NCBI RefSeq assembly: GCF_013177435.1
Contig: NZ_CP053627.1
Span: 1,230,001 to 1,262,000 of the forward strand
Direction of reading: 5' to 3'
Origin: Xylella taiwanensis
Lineage (GTDB): Bacteria > Pseudomonadota > Gammaproteobacteria > Xanthomonadales > Xanthomonadaceae
DNA length: 32,000 nucleotides
Shown: piece after piece, positions 1 through 9,939 of the stretch
Layout: each line of letters begins with the position of its first letter
Numbering within the stretch: position 1 is the stretch's first letter
The notes under the pieces: model-generated
The model's database searches: none
Seen by the model: only the letters and a program-made list of their open reading frames with translations
What the model was told of the DNA's origin: nothing
Program-made: the position numbers and the translations under genes

Positions 1-1071
1 GAGCGTGAAGCATGGGATGGTCCGCGTGCTGGGTACGACGGCGCGGTAGAGCATTACGGTATGGACGATGCATATCCGATTGATGACTTGGACGAAATCT
101 TACCCGGCCTACTCGAAGGCCGGTCCCGGATCTATTATCATTTCTGTCGTGATGTTGAATTTGATCTGAGGCTAATTGGTTGGGTCAATCTAGCCCGTGA
201 GCAAGTGCGCTACGGTACGGATTCTCCGCACGAATTTATAGACCTTGGCCACCTGTTGCATGAGCAGCGTCTGTTCAAGTCTTGCGATGAAATCGCTTTG
301 CTTCAGTGTGCTGCCAACATCAGTGTTGAAGCACACCGTGCGGTGTTACGTTATGCGCATCCTAATGTTCCTGAATATGTTTTGCAGGCTGAGGTCGAGC
401 GCGTGTTTCGCTCTGCTGACAGTTGGCCTGCTTATTCCAGTATTGTTGCTGCCGGTGCTAATGCGTGTGTATTGCACTACCGAGCCAATGCCGAGTGCAG
501 CCGTGATGGCGATTTAGTGTTGATCGATGCCGGTGCTGAGTACCGTGGTTATGCCGCTGACATTACCCGTACTTTCCCCGTCAACGGGCGTTTTAGCCCA
601 GCGCAGCGCGCGCTATACGATCTGGTGGGTGCTGCTCATGGTGCTGCGCTGGCGCAGGCGCGACCTGGGCTACCATATGAGGCTGGACATTTGGCTGCGG
701 TGCAGACGTTGACCGAAGGCCTCCTGCGGCTTGGTCTCTTGCAGGGCACACTGGAGCAGAATTTGGCTGAGCAGAGTTACAAGCGCTTCTACCGTCACAA
801 GACTGGGCATTGGTTAGGTTTGGACGTGCATGATGTTGGTGACTACCGTATTGATGGTCAGTCGCGATTACTTGAGCCTGGCATGGTCTTTACGATTGAG
901 CCAGGGTTATACATTCTCCCGGATGACACTACGGTCCAGTCGAAGTGGCGCGGCATTGGCATACGTACCGAGGATGATTTATTAATTACCGAAGATGGAC
1001 ATCGTGTGCTGACTGATGCGTTGCCACGCTCTGCCGATGAGATCGAGGTGGAGATGGCTGCCGCGCGGTGA
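1..1071 (+). CDS. pepP: Xaa-Pro aminopeptidase (M24B), 5'-partial; the frame is open from base 1
   Basis: The frame of ORF 61..1071 has no stop back to position 1 (ERE AWDGPRAGYDGAVEHYG precedes the listed Met). It shows the M24B catalytic-domain signatures VLHYRAN, LIDAGAEYRGYAADITRTFPVNG, HKTGHWLGLDVHD, FTIEPGLY and GIRTEDD. The N-terminal domain lies upstream of the window. Confidence 0.9.
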   Translation, partial: EREAWDGPRAGYDGAVEHYGMDDAYPIDDLDEILPGLLEGRSRIYYHFCRDVEFDLRLIGWVNLAREQVRYGTDSPHEFIDLGHLLHEQRLFKSCDEIALLQCAANISVEAHRAVLRYAHPNVPEYVLQAEVERVFRSADSWPAYSSIVAAGANACVLHYRANAECSRDGDLVLIDAGAEYRGYAADITRTFPVNGRFSPAQRALYDLVGAAHGAALAQARPGLPYEAGHLAAVQTLTEGLLRLGLLQGTLEQNLAEQSYKRFYRHKTGHWLGLDVHDVGDYRIDGQSRLLEPGMVFTIEPGLYILPDDTTVQSKWRGIGIRTEDDLLITEDGHRVLTDALPRSADEIEVEMAAAR

Positions 1072-1180
1072 GATGTCTCTTGATGTGCTGATCGGCACTC
1101 GCAGACTAATATCTGAGCTTCGCAATAGCTCGACTCGGCTTGCTGGTCCTGCTTGGTGGTGTATGGGTTTGCCAGGGTGC

Positions 1181-1771
1181 TTATCTGATGGGGGTGCCGT
1201 CCAGGGCGTGATCAATCAGCCATAGGGATGCCCATAGTTTTGGGTCCATCGCAAAGCCGGCATGCATCTTTTGTACTAACCAAGCTGCAGCTTGTGTACG
1301 TAGAATTTCGTGTACAACGATGTCCTCGTTAGCGTCACCGCCTCCGGCGCTGACCTTGTGCAATCCAGTGGCGCGTACAAAAGCGATACGCTCGCTGCTG
1401 GCTCCGGACGATACCGGACCGATGAGCAATATCTCGGCTTGGTCAGCACTCCAGCCGGTTTCTTCTTCTAGTTCGCGGATTGCTGCATGCTCGATTGATT
1501 CATTGGTATCAATGTCGCCGACCAATCCTGCCGGCATCTCAATAGTGCGTTGCTGCACGGGGACTCTGAATTGCTCGACAAAAATAACCCGGTCTTCCGG
1601 TGTTACCGCCAGGATAATTGCAGCTAGGCCGCCAGCGTGGACGCGTTCAGAGTATTCCCAAGTGCCGTGTACGATCATACGTTGGTACTTTCCTTCGAAG
1701 ACCACGTGTGGTGTGTTGTTAGACGAATTCATTGCTGTGAAATCTTCTTGATGGGTGGAGAGGGGGAACAT
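1181..1771 (-). CDS. NUDIX hydrolase (ADP-ribose pyrophosphatase-like)
   Basis: 196-aa ORF with a canonical Nudix box GX5EX7REUXEEXGU, read as GLVGDIDTNESIEHAAIRELEEETGW. It is convergent with pepP. An alternative start at MNSSNN (1732) is possible. Confidence 0.85.
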   Translation of the reverse strand: MFPLSTHQEDFTAMNSSNNTPHVVFEGKYQRMIVHGTWEYSERVHAGGLAAIILAVTPEDRVIFVEQFRVPVQQRTIEMPAGLVGDIDTNESIEHAAIRELEEETGWSADQAEILLIGPVSSGASSERIAFVRATGLHKVSAGGGDANEDIVVHEILRTQAAAWLVQKMHAGFAMDPKLWASLWLIDHALDGTPIR

Positions 1772-2329
1772 ACAAGCCTGTCGATTCCGTCACAAAGTTG
1801 CAGGGACGCAACGGCATCCTGCGCACAGGTTCTGCATCATATTGGAATCTGTTTGGTGTTTAAAAGCGTGGGTTGCCTCGATAGATCCGTACCACGCAAT
1901 GGTGGTCAATTGAGGTTGCAGCAGTACGTCCTTAACGTAGCAATGCGACTTAATCCATGCGTGTCAGTAGCATCCGAAGCTCAAATAGAATCGATGACTT
2001 GTAACACAATGCCCGTTCCGCAATTCACCGCGTTGGTGTTGCCTTCGCCGCCTTGCGCTTACGCGCATCATGCTTTGTTGCCGTCACAGATGAATGCCTT
2101 AGTGCGCTTGGGCTTGACGAATGTCCCCCATCAAACTGCCTTGTCAGTACTACCAGAATTGCCACCGTATCATGTGTCCTATCAAACCTATAACGCAATG
2201 CTCTATGACTCATTGCCAACCCTTCTGAAACGCACACTGCGCAGCTTCAACCCTTTAGCCGAACAGGCTTGCCTAATAAGTGGCGAGCCAGGTCCTTAGC
2301 TAATTTTGGCACCCATGCTTATAGCCTCG

Positions 2330-2605
2330 GCATGTGATCCACAGGCGGCTCAAGGATTCAAGTGGGGCAGTGTATTTCCCAGGCTTGCGGATCGCGGCGG
2401 GCGACACACCCAAAACGACGGATTAGGTGGAATCAGCCCGAATTTTCGCTCGGTCATTCCTCATTAGACTTGGTCTCGATACCACGGTAATCGGCTTGCC
2501 GGACGGTACCAGATAATTGGCAATCTGGTGCAGATGTATTGCATGGCGTGCTTTAACCTTTGATAGGCCCCGACGCAGGCTGCGTGCGAGGTCACGGCTC
2601 GTCAT
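2330..2605 (-). pseudogene. Possible degraded HU/IHF-family DNA-binding protein gene
   Basis: MTSRDLARSLRRGLSKVKARHAIHLHQIANYLVPSGKPITVVSRPSLMRNDRAKIRADST* aligns by eye to the HU/IHF layout: M..eL...la...GLSK.dA......i...l..G..v.l.GFG.F..R.R.AR.GRNP. The GFG arm positions are replaced. After the in-frame stop the same frame reads SVVLGVSPAAIRKPGKYTAPLES, which resembles the HU C-terminus (i.a..vP.FK.GK.LK). Confidence 0.3.
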
Positions 2606-2807
2606 GTTTGAGCAGTTGCGGCCGCCATGTGTTGCCGACATTCGCCTTCGAGCAGATCGAGTACGAATGCTATACGTGACGTGCGTGTTGTAAACATTCG
2701 TATGTTGCTGAATGCATTTGGATATTGTGTGTCAGGAGCGGAACACGTATAGCGCGGTGTCAACCAAGGACAGTCGTGTTGGTGTCCTTTGCTGCAGTGC
2801 GGCTACG

Positions 2808-3383
2808 TCACGGTGTCCAGTTGTGTAGTAATGCGTCCACATCCGGACGCTCACGTTCGGGGACTTCCAAGCGTGGTGTGCCGATATGGATAAAACCGAT
2901 GATGTGTTCATGTGGGCCAAGGTTGAGATACTCGGCGACTCTGCGATCATAGGCCATCCAGGCGGTGAGCCACTGAGCACCAAAGCCGTAGGCCTGGGCG
3001 GCTTGCAGCAGTGCAAAGCAGACACAGCCGGCTGTCAGCAGTTGTTCTTGCTCCGGGACATTATCAGCTGGCTGCAGCCGCGCTACGACGATGATTACCA
3101 GCGGAGCATGGGAAAAGCGCTCGCGTTCTTTGTCCAGCACGGTCTGTGGTGCCTGTGGATCGAGTTCCAGGGTGCGTTGTACCAGAAATTCTCCAAGTGC
3201 CTCCCGCGCGGTACCGGTAATACGTAGAAACCGAAACGGCACAAGCTTCCCGTGATCGGGGACACGCACTGCTGACTGTAGTATCCGTCGCAACGTTGTC
3301 GTGTCCGGACCTGGCTCGCCGAGCTGGCGTGACGGTACCGAGCGACGTGCATCCAACGCTTGTAACGGATAAAGTGTGCTCAT
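2808..3383 (-). CDS. ydjA: YdjA-like NAD(P)H nitroreductase family protein
   Basis: 191 aa, colinear by eye with E. coli YdjA. Shared elements are RRSVPSRQL, AVRVPDHGKLVPFRF, APLVIIVVA, EQLLTAGCVCFALLQAAQAYGFGAQW and IIGFIHIGTP. Confidence 0.75.
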   Translation of the reverse strand: MSTLYPLQALDARRSVPSRQLGEPGPDTTTLRRILQSAVRVPDHGKLVPFRFLRITGTAREALGEFLVQRTLELDPQAPQTVLDKERERFSHAPLVIIVVARLQPADNVPEQEQLLTAGCVCFALLQAAQAYGFGAQWLTAWMAYDRRVAEYLNLGPHEHIIGFIHIGTPRLEVPERERPDVDALLHNWTP

Positions 3384-3567
3384 TGTCTCATTCTTGAGTG
3401 GGAATCTATTCGAGTATAGATGGGATTTGTTGTTCCGTCTCTGCGAGTTGTTTCCAGGAGTGCATGAACAAGTCTTTCGTTTCTGAGATCAGCAGGACTG
3501 CATCTGGTGTGCCTTTGACGATTGAATCGACCGGTTCATCTGGTTGCTTGGGGACGTTGCGTTGAAC

Positions 3568-4950
3568 ATGCAAACGCCCCAGGACGCCGGCTTGATATCG
3601 ACTGGGTTGAGCCAGTTGTTGCAGGAGCTACGCAATGTGCGGCAACCATCACGTATGGTGTCCAAGGAGGGGCGTGCATTGTTTCCTTGCGAATTGCTGT
3701 CAGCGCTGTCGCTCCTGCAGATCTCGGCACAGGCGAGTTATCAGGCGGTGGTCGAGACTGGCCTAGGCTTGGCTATGGGCTTGCGTATGCAGGTTCTGCA
3801 GGCCGCTGCTGCACTAGGTGTGGCGGATCCATCCGGGATATGCCTCGAACCTGCGGATGAGAATGTGCTTGATTTGGTTGGGCGGCTGTTCGATGCGATT
3901 TTACGTGATAGCTATTTCTATCCCGAACCGCGTATGTGGATTGGGCAGTTGCTGGTGCCAGTTGCGAAGGTTGCATTGCTTGACAGTCGCTTGTTCGAGT
4001 GTGATGACCATCCGGTGTGGCGCTTACTGACATTGTTAATAGATGCTTGCAATGGTAACAACGGTGAGAATTCAGTTGAGCAGGCGTTATTGATGCGGGT
4101 ATGCAAGATTGTGGATACGGTAGTGCGTGAATTTGACAATGACGTGCAGTTGTTCCTGACTCAGGAAGCCACGTTTAGCGTGCATTACGAGCAGTACTTG
4201 GCCAATACCCAGAGTGCCAAGCGTCATGTGACAGAACCGTGGATCACCAAAGAGCGACGTCAACGTGCTCATCAGATCGCTGATGATGCACTGAAAAAGC
4301 ACCTTCATGGGCATGTGTTGCCCCAGGCGATCGAACATTTTCTCAGTCGCATCTGGTTTGCTCATGTACAGCAGGTGGCGTTGCTCAATGATGGTCATGG
4401 TCCAGCGCTTGAGGCCGTACTGGCGTTAGGAGATGCATTGCTTGCCCAGTGGCGTCAGGCCAGTGAGGGACGCACGCCGGAGCGGCCTTGGTTGGATGAC
4501 GAGCGTACTGGCATATTCGACGCTTTCTCTATTGCTGGTATGACGCTGGCTGAAGCTAAGGCCGGGTTTGCTGATTTGCAGCATGTATTGGCGGCGGCTA
4601 CGCCGCAATCGCCAGCGATCGCCACATCGGCGGGTACTCAGGTTGTTGATGTGCTCCTCCCAGTGCCGGATGAATCGGCTACTTGCGGGTTGGATACGGC
4701 TACTGCTGCCTATTTTCGTGGGCTTTCGTTGGGGACGTGGTTAGACTTTATTGGCCTTGATGGTCGCGTGCAAAGTGGCCAGTTATCCTGGGTCAGCCCG
4801 ATTTCAGGGCGATTGATGTTTGTTAATCATCTTGGTCGTCGTTTGTGCGTGGCCTCACCAGAGGAACTGTCCACGCTGATGTGCTTAGGTCGCTTGCGTC
4901 TGCACCGCGATGGAGACGCTTTACTACAGTGCCAAACAGTATCTGGTTGA
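3568..4950 (+). CDS. DUF1631-family protein, short paralog lacking the N-terminal third
   Basis: Colinear with residues of about 340-777 of the downstream ORF. Shared blocks are DENVLDLVGRLFDAIL / DEDAIDLVGMLFDVML, LLVPVAKVALLD / LLVPFVKVALLD, HPVWRLLTLLIDACNGN / HPARRLLNALADACNGN, and GTWLDFIG..G.VQ...LSWVSPISGRL...N..GRRLCVASPEEL. The ORF track starts at TTG 3544; the first ATG is at 3568. Confidence 0.7.
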   Translation: MQTPQDAGLISTGLSQLLQELRNVRQPSRMVSKEGRALFPCELLSALSLLQISAQASYQAVVETGLGLAMGLRMQVLQAAAALGVADPSGICLEPADENVLDLVGRLFDAILRDSYFYPEPRMWIGQLLVPVAKVALLDSRLFECDDHPVWRLLTLLIDACNGNNGENSVEQALLMRVCKIVDTVVREFDNDVQLFLTQEATFSVHYEQYLANTQSAKRHVTEPWITKERRQRAHQIADDALKKHLHGHVLPQAIEHFLSRIWFAHVQQVALLNDGHGPALEAVLALGDALLAQWRQASEGRTPERPWLDDERTGIFDAFSIAGMTLAEAKAGFADLQHVLAAATPQSPAIATSAGTQVVDVLLPVPDESATCGLDTATAAYFRGLSLGTWLDFIGLDGRVQSGQLSWVSPISGRLMFVNHLGRRLCVASPEELSTLMCLGRLRLHRDGDALLQCQTVSG

Positions 4951-5214
4951 CGCGGTTTGGTGTTGACTGGGGAGTATATAAAGCTTGAACCAGCGATTTT
5001 GAGGAGTGTCGCTGACGGCATTTCTTTCGTCTGATTCGGTGAGCAAGGATGGAATGATTGCAGGTTATTTATCGTCACAGATATGAAATTGTGCTGTCTG
5101 TTGCAGTTGTGCGTTTATGACTCCGCTTCCCATGAATAGGCGGGTATGCTTGCCCCGTTTTATTTCCTATTGATTGGTTTTGTTGGCGCCTGTTGCGTTG
5201 GGGAGCCTTTCTGC

Positions 5215-7479
5215 ATGAAGTCTACGTCCAGCCTTTCTAGTATTAGGGGGCGTGATAACCGATTGATGGAGCAGGCGCGTGCCTTGGCGTTACCGGAAAT
5301 TGCCAATGCTTTTGTCCGTTGCGTCGAGTGTTTTGACACTGTGTTGTTTGATCGTGCTGAGGCGGTTGGCCTCTCCCGGTGGGTATTCTTGGATGGTGTC
5401 CATGAACTACGCCGATGCCGAGAGGATGTTTGCATGCGCTTTCGCGAGCATCTGGACGTGGCTTGGCGAGCGTTCGATCGTAAGACCCCACTGGCAGCCG
5501 AATTGGTGCTGACAGACGCTAGTCAGAGCAGTCTGAATCTGTTGCCGGAGCACGTGTTGGAATCTCATCTTGCTGTGCGTCATCTGGCTACCGTCCTATC
5601 GCGTGAATGTGAACACGTATTGGCTTGTTTGGAATGGCGCTTGGGTGTGATTGCTGGGGGGGTCGAGTTGAATGCCAACTCTAATCCGGTCGGCCCGGAG
5701 CATATCGGCGTGGCAGTGTATAAGGCTTTTGGCACATGTGAGCTGGCATCAGAAGTACGTCTGCTCCTGATCAAGCTTTGTGAGCGTGATTTGCTCCAAC
5801 CGCTGGTACGCTTGTATCGCATATTGGACAAACAGCTGGCTAAGATTGGGGACGTGGCCCAGATTGTCAGGTCGCGGCTCCCAGTGATCCACTCGACCAG
5901 CGTTGCTACACCTAAGGAGGGTTCCGAGGGAGACGAATACGGTGAGCAATATGCCTCGTTCCGGGCGGTGGACTTCATGGATCGTTGGGAACGAAACCGT
6001 TACCGGTTCCAAGTCGCGTACCGGGTGCATGAGGATGCAGATGTTTCCTGTGGCCATCTTGGCGGTAGTCAGGACGTCTTATTGGAAACGCTCCATGCGT
6101 TACTGCAGCAGACTCGCAGTCAGCGCGAGAAAGTGACGAGAGCCGTTGCCGTCGCGCAGCGACCACTGAGTCAGCGCGAAATACTTTCTGTACTGTCGCT
6201 GCTGCAAGCAAATCCCAGTGCGACGCTTGATGACAAAGGAGAGTCGTTAACGCAGCGGTTGAAGAGAGAAGTGCTGTCCAATGTCATCCAACTTGGGGTG
6301 AATCCTGCACATGCGCACCTGGATCCCGTTGATGAAGATGCCATCGATCTGGTGGGTATGTTGTTCGATGTCATGCTGGATCAGTGTCATTTGGAGGCGC
6401 ATTCTCGGAGGCTGATGGGGCGATTACTAGTGCCATTCGTTAAAGTTGCATTGCTTGATCGCAAAATGTTCGTGCGAAAGACTCATCCAGCGCGACGTTT
6501 ACTCAATGCATTGGCTGATGCCTGCAATGGCAATGTTGCGAGTACTCCGGCTGACCGCGCGCTGCTGAGCAAAGTCGAGGAGATCGTTAAGCGTCTGGTA
6601 GTCGATTTTAACGAGAACTTAGCCATTTTCTTGACTTTGGACGAGGAGTTTCGCGAGTTTCTGACTCAGCACCGGCGTCGGGTCGAGATCGTCGAGCGGC
6701 GTGCTGCTGAAACACAATGTGCTCAGGAAAAACTGAGATTGGCACGTGTCTTTGCTACGAAGGAGTTGGGCAAACGCTTGAATGGCGTTGAACTGCCGGG
6801 TGCGATCGAGGCCTTTATGCGTCAACCTTGGCAGCATTACCTAACCATGGTCCTGTTGCGCGAGGGCGAAGATGGTGCTGGTGTGGCCGAGGCGCTGGCG
6901 GTGGCTGATGGTGTGCTTGAGGAGCTGGCTCAGGCGCGTCGCCGTATCGTTGCCAAACCTTGGTTGCAGGCATTTCAACCGGGGTTGCTGAAGATATTTG
7001 GTAGCGTCGGTCTGCATGAGGATACGGCACAGGTGGCGATTGCCGCGCTTTACGACACTTTGCATGGTATTGCCGCATCCAGACCCGAGTTAGAGACGCC
7101 GTTCCCCGAGATCAGCCTGTTGCTACCTACTCTAGAGCAGAGTGCATTCGAACCTGGACAGGAGACCGTGATGGGAGAGTTCGATGCTGTCGATGCTGAC
7201 CGCTTCCGGAAGATGGAGGTTGGTACTTGGTTGGATTTCATCGAAACAGGAGGCAAGGTGCAGACCGTCAAGTTGTCCTGGATCAGCCCGATTTCGGGGC
7301 GGTTGCTGTGGGTCGATCGACACGGGATCCGTTTCTGTGTCGCTTCACCGGAAGAATTGGCGGTGATGGTACGGCAGGGGCGATTGTGTTCCCGCGTCAA
7401 CGACGACGCATTCGACAACGCAATGCGGGTTGTGCTTGATCGCCTTAATACGTTCAGCACCAGCAGCTTAGTGCATTGA
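5215..7479 (+). CDS. DUF1631-family protein, full length
   Basis: Long ORF of 777 aa from 5146. ATG 5215 is preferred because GGGGAG lies about 10 nt upstream; 5146 and 5266 are alternatives. The C-terminal two thirds are paralogous to 3568..4950. No catalytic motif was recognised. Confidence 0.8.
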   Translation: MKSTSSLSSIRGRDNRLMEQARALALPEIANAFVRCVECFDTVLFDRAEAVGLSRWVFLDGVHELRRCREDVCMRFREHLDVAWRAFDRKTPLAAELVLTDASQSSLNLLPEHVLESHLAVRHLATVLSRECEHVLACLEWRLGVIAGGVELNANSNPVGPEHIGVAVYKAFGTCELASEVRLLLIKLCERDLLQPLVRLYRILDKQLAKIGDVAQIVRSRLPVIHSTSVATPKEGSEGDEYGEQYASFRAVDFMDRWERNRYRFQVAYRVHEDADVSCGHLGGSQDVLLETLHALLQQTRSQREKVTRAVAVAQRPLSQREILSVLSLLQANPSATLDDKGESLTQRLKREVLSNVIQLGVNPAHAHLDPVDEDAIDLVGMLFDVMLDQCHLEAHSRRLMGRLLVPFVKVALLDRKMFVRKTHPARRLLNALADACNGNVASTPADRALLSKVEEIVKRLVVDFNENLAIFLTLDEEFREFLTQHRRRVEIVERRAAETQCAQEKLRLARVFATKELGKRLNGVELPGAIEAFMRQPWQHYLTMVLLREGEDGAGVAEALAVADGVLEELAQARRRIVAKPWLQAFQPGLLKIFGSVGLHEDTAQVAIAALYDTLHGIAASRPELETPFPEISLLLPTLEQSAFEPGQETVMGEFDAVDADRFRKMEVGTWLDFIETGGKVQTVKLSWISPISGRLLWVDRHGIRFCVASPEELAVMVRQGRLCSRVNDDAFDNAMRVVLDRLNTFSTSSLVH

Positions 7480-7690
7480 TTGCAGTGGCGGAGCATAAGG
7501 TTTCAGTTCCGATACCGATTTGTATGGGTGAGTTGCCATGCTGTATAGCACCCGCCTGTGACAGTGATGTGTAGTGCCGATCGTAACGCGGGATGACCAG
7601 CACAGCATGGGGCATCGCTTTCAGAGAAAGCGTGATTTGAGAACCCATCAGTGCCCCCGTGGTTGATGCGTGTATTTGCGTTTTGGCTTA

Positions 7691-8110
7691 TCAACGTGCC
7701 AAATGCCAGCTCAGTAGTAACGCAGCGCCATAGCAAATGAGGTCCAAGCTCTGATTGGCCAGTGTCGACAAGGTCCATGCAAGTCGCGGGCCCATCTTCA
7801 ACGCTGAGGACCACGGATCCAAGCCCATGACTATACCGAGTTGAGCTGAAGCGATGCCCCAGTTTGCGGCCAGGATCACTCCCAGGGTGGCGGTCAGCGC
7901 CACACCAAGACGCAGCCAGCCTCTACGCAATGTACCCAGGTGCAGCATGTACGCCACATCGAGCGCGACAGCCAATGCGAACCAGCCGGCTTGATGCTGG
8001 CTTCCGAGTGCAACCAGGATCCAGGCGATGAGGCCGATCATGCACCCAAGGAACAGGAGTGGAGGCCAGAGCCAGTGCGTGGTTCTGGTGGGCGTTGAGT
8101 GTGGGGACAT
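7691..8110 (-). CDS. Small integral membrane protein (about 4 predicted TM helices), unknown function
   Basis: 139 aa with hydrophobic stretches WLWPPLLFLGCMIGLIAWILVALG, WFALAVALDVAYMLHL, LRLGVALTATLGVILAANWGIA and LICYGAALLLSW. It is divergent from the sufT-like gene. Confidence 0.55.
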   Translation of the reverse strand: MSPHSTPTRTTHWLWPPLLFLGCMIGLIAWILVALGSQHQAGWFALAVALDVAYMLHLGTLRRGWLRLGVALTATLGVILAANWGIASAQLGIVMGLDPWSSALKMGPRLAWTLSTLANQSLDLICYGAALLLSWHLAR

Positions 8111-8240
8111 CGGGGCTTCCTTGGGGAAGGCTTAGAATACGGGGTTTTTCTTCGGGCCCGGAATAGACCGCCAAGCAAGGTGGACGAACACGATACAATG
8201 GTTGTCTTGCGTCTTTATGGCGTGGCTCTATATCCGATGT

Positions 8241-8792
8241 ATGTATTCTCGTAGCAGCGAACCTGTCCAGTTCGAACGTGACTGCGAAGCCGTGATGGTG
8301 CCGCAGGGGGATTCGGTCACCCTCCCCGCGGGTAGTTATGGTTACATCACCCAGGCGTTGGGTGGCAGCTATACGGTGTTTGTGGATGGCAATTTGTTCC
8401 GTATTGCTGGTAAGGATGGCGATGCCATTGGCAAAGAGCCGCCCCCAGGGTTGCAACTTCCCGAGGACGCTAGCGACGCAGCAGTGGAAATACTGGTGTG
8501 GCAGCAGTTGCGTTCCTGTTTCGATCCGGAGATACCGTTCAATATTGTCGATTTGGGTTTGGTGTATGAGGCGGTATTGGGACATCGCGACGATGGCCAG
8601 CGTACGGTCCAGGTCAAAATGACCTTGACTGCTCCGGGGTGCGGTATGGGTGAGATATTGGTTGACGATGTGCGTTCTAAATTGGAGTTGATTCCAACGG
8701 TTGTTGCAGCCAATGTCGAACTCGTCTTCGAGCCACCTTGGAGCCGCCACATGATGTCTGAAAGTGCACGTCTTGAGACCGGTATGCTTTGA
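8241..8792 (+). CDS. sufT: SufT-like Fe-S cluster assembly protein (DUF59/MIP18 domain)
   Basis: The C-terminal DUF59 core reads CFDPEIPFNIVDLGLVYE...VKMTLTAPGCGMG...VELVFEPPWS. The N-terminal extension MYSRSSEPVQFERDC..MVPQG is typical of long SufT proteins. The in-frame ATG at 8241 is preferred over the track start at 8202. Confidence 0.8.
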   Translation: MYSRSSEPVQFERDCEAVMVPQGDSVTLPAGSYGYITQALGGSYTVFVDGNLFRIAGKDGDAIGKEPPPGLQLPEDASDAAVEILVWQQLRSCFDPEIPFNIVDLGLVYEAVLGHRDDGQRTVQVKMTLTAPGCGMGEILVDDVRSKLELIPTVVAANVELVFEPPWSRHMMSESARLETGML

Positions 8793-8850
8793 AATCCATA
8801 TTGACTTGCTGCGTTAATGCGTTCCCCTTTGCTTCAACAGGAATTTTTGC

Positions 8851-9939
8851 GTGCCTGTCTCTTTCGCTATCACCCGTTCATCTTCACCCCGCGCTGCTGA
8901 CGAGCTATCTATGCTCTTGGAAGCCCCAGGGTTTGGGGTGCATTTCACCGATCATATGATTGCGATCGCCTGGGATAAGGACCATGGTTGGCACGACGCG
9001 CAGGTACGTGCATATGGGCCGTTGCTGCTAGATCCTGCCGCTGCGGTCCTGCATTACGGGCAGGAGATCTTCGAAGGTATCAAAGCCTATCGGCATGCTG
9101 ATGGCTCCATCTGGACCTTCCGCCCGCATGACAATGGTCGCCGTTTGCAGCGTTCGGCCACACGATTGGCACTGCCAGAGTTGCCGGTGGAACTGTTTAC
9201 GGAATCGTTGCGTCAACTCATCGCCGTGGATGGTCGCTGGGTGCCTTCCGCACCGGAGACCAGCCTGTATTTTCGTCCTTTCATTCTTGCCACAGAGGCT
9301 TATTTGGGTGTACGTGCTGCACGGCAAGCCTCTTACTACCTGATCGCTAGCCCTGCCGGCCCGTATTTCGCTAAAGGCGTCGCTCCCGTGTCGATCTGGT
9401 TGTCGACCGACTACGCACGTGCTGCCAGGGGAGGGACGGGGGCGGTCAAGTGCGGGGGCAATTATGCCGCTTCGCTGCTACCGCAGCAGTTGGCGCAGGC
9501 CCAGGGATGCTCGCAGGTCCTGTTTCTCGATCCGGTTGAAGGCAAGTACCTGGAGGAACTGGGAGGCATGAATGTGTTTTTGGTCTACAGGGACGGCACC
9601 TTGGTCACACCAGCATTGTCCGGCAGCATCCTCGAAGGCATCACCCGCCAGAGCATCTTGCAGCTTGCCCGTGACCGAGGGATGTGTGTTGAGGAACGCA
9701 AGGTGGCGATTGAGGAGTGGAAACAGGGGGTGGTCTCCGGGGCGATCAGCGAAGTATTTGCCTGCGGCACGGCTGCAGTGATCACTCCAATTGGTGAATT
9801 GAAAGCGGAGGGCTTTTCCGTCGGAGACCGCAACGCACCGCCTGGTGCAGTCACCATGTCGTTGCGTAAGGAACTGACCGACATCCAATACGGCCGTCTG
9901 CCAGATCGCTATGGGTGGATGATGCGTTTGAAGGAATGA
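8851..9939 (+). CDS. ilvE: Branched-chain-amino-acid aminotransferase (class IV, long form)
   Basis: 362 aa with a GTG start. Motifs are LHYGQEIFEGIKAY, YFRPFI, GAVKCGGNYAASL (PLP lysine context), ELGGMNVFLV, SILEGITR and ACGTAAVITPIGE. Confidence 0.92.
   Translation: MPVSFAITRSSSPRAADELSMLLEAPGFGVHFTDHMIAIAWDKDHGWHDAQVRAYGPLLLDPAAAVLHYGQEIFEGIKAYRHADGSIWTFRPHDNGRRLQRSATRLALPELPVELFTESLRQLIAVDGRWVPSAPETSLYFRPFILATEAYLGVRAARQASYYLIASPAGPYFAKGVAPVSIWLSTDYARAARGGTGAVKCGGNYAASLLPQQLAQAQGCSQVLFLDPVEGKYLEELGGMNVFLVYRDGTLVTPALSGSILEGITRQSILQLARDRGMCVEERKVAIEEWKQGVVSGAISEVFACGTAAVITPIGELKAEGFSVGDRNAPPGAVTMSLRKELTDIQYGRLPDRYGWMMRLKE

Noticed and set aside
1637-2299. 220-aa plus-strand ORF
   Set aside because: It overlaps the NUDIX gene start in antisense. 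Its composition is skewed and no family resemblance was seen.
7923-8750. 275-aa minus-strand ORF
   Set aside because: It is entirely antisense to the well-supported SufT-like gene and overlaps the membrane-protein gene. Its composition is Arg/His/Pro/Thr-rich with no motifs, typical of a shadow ORF.
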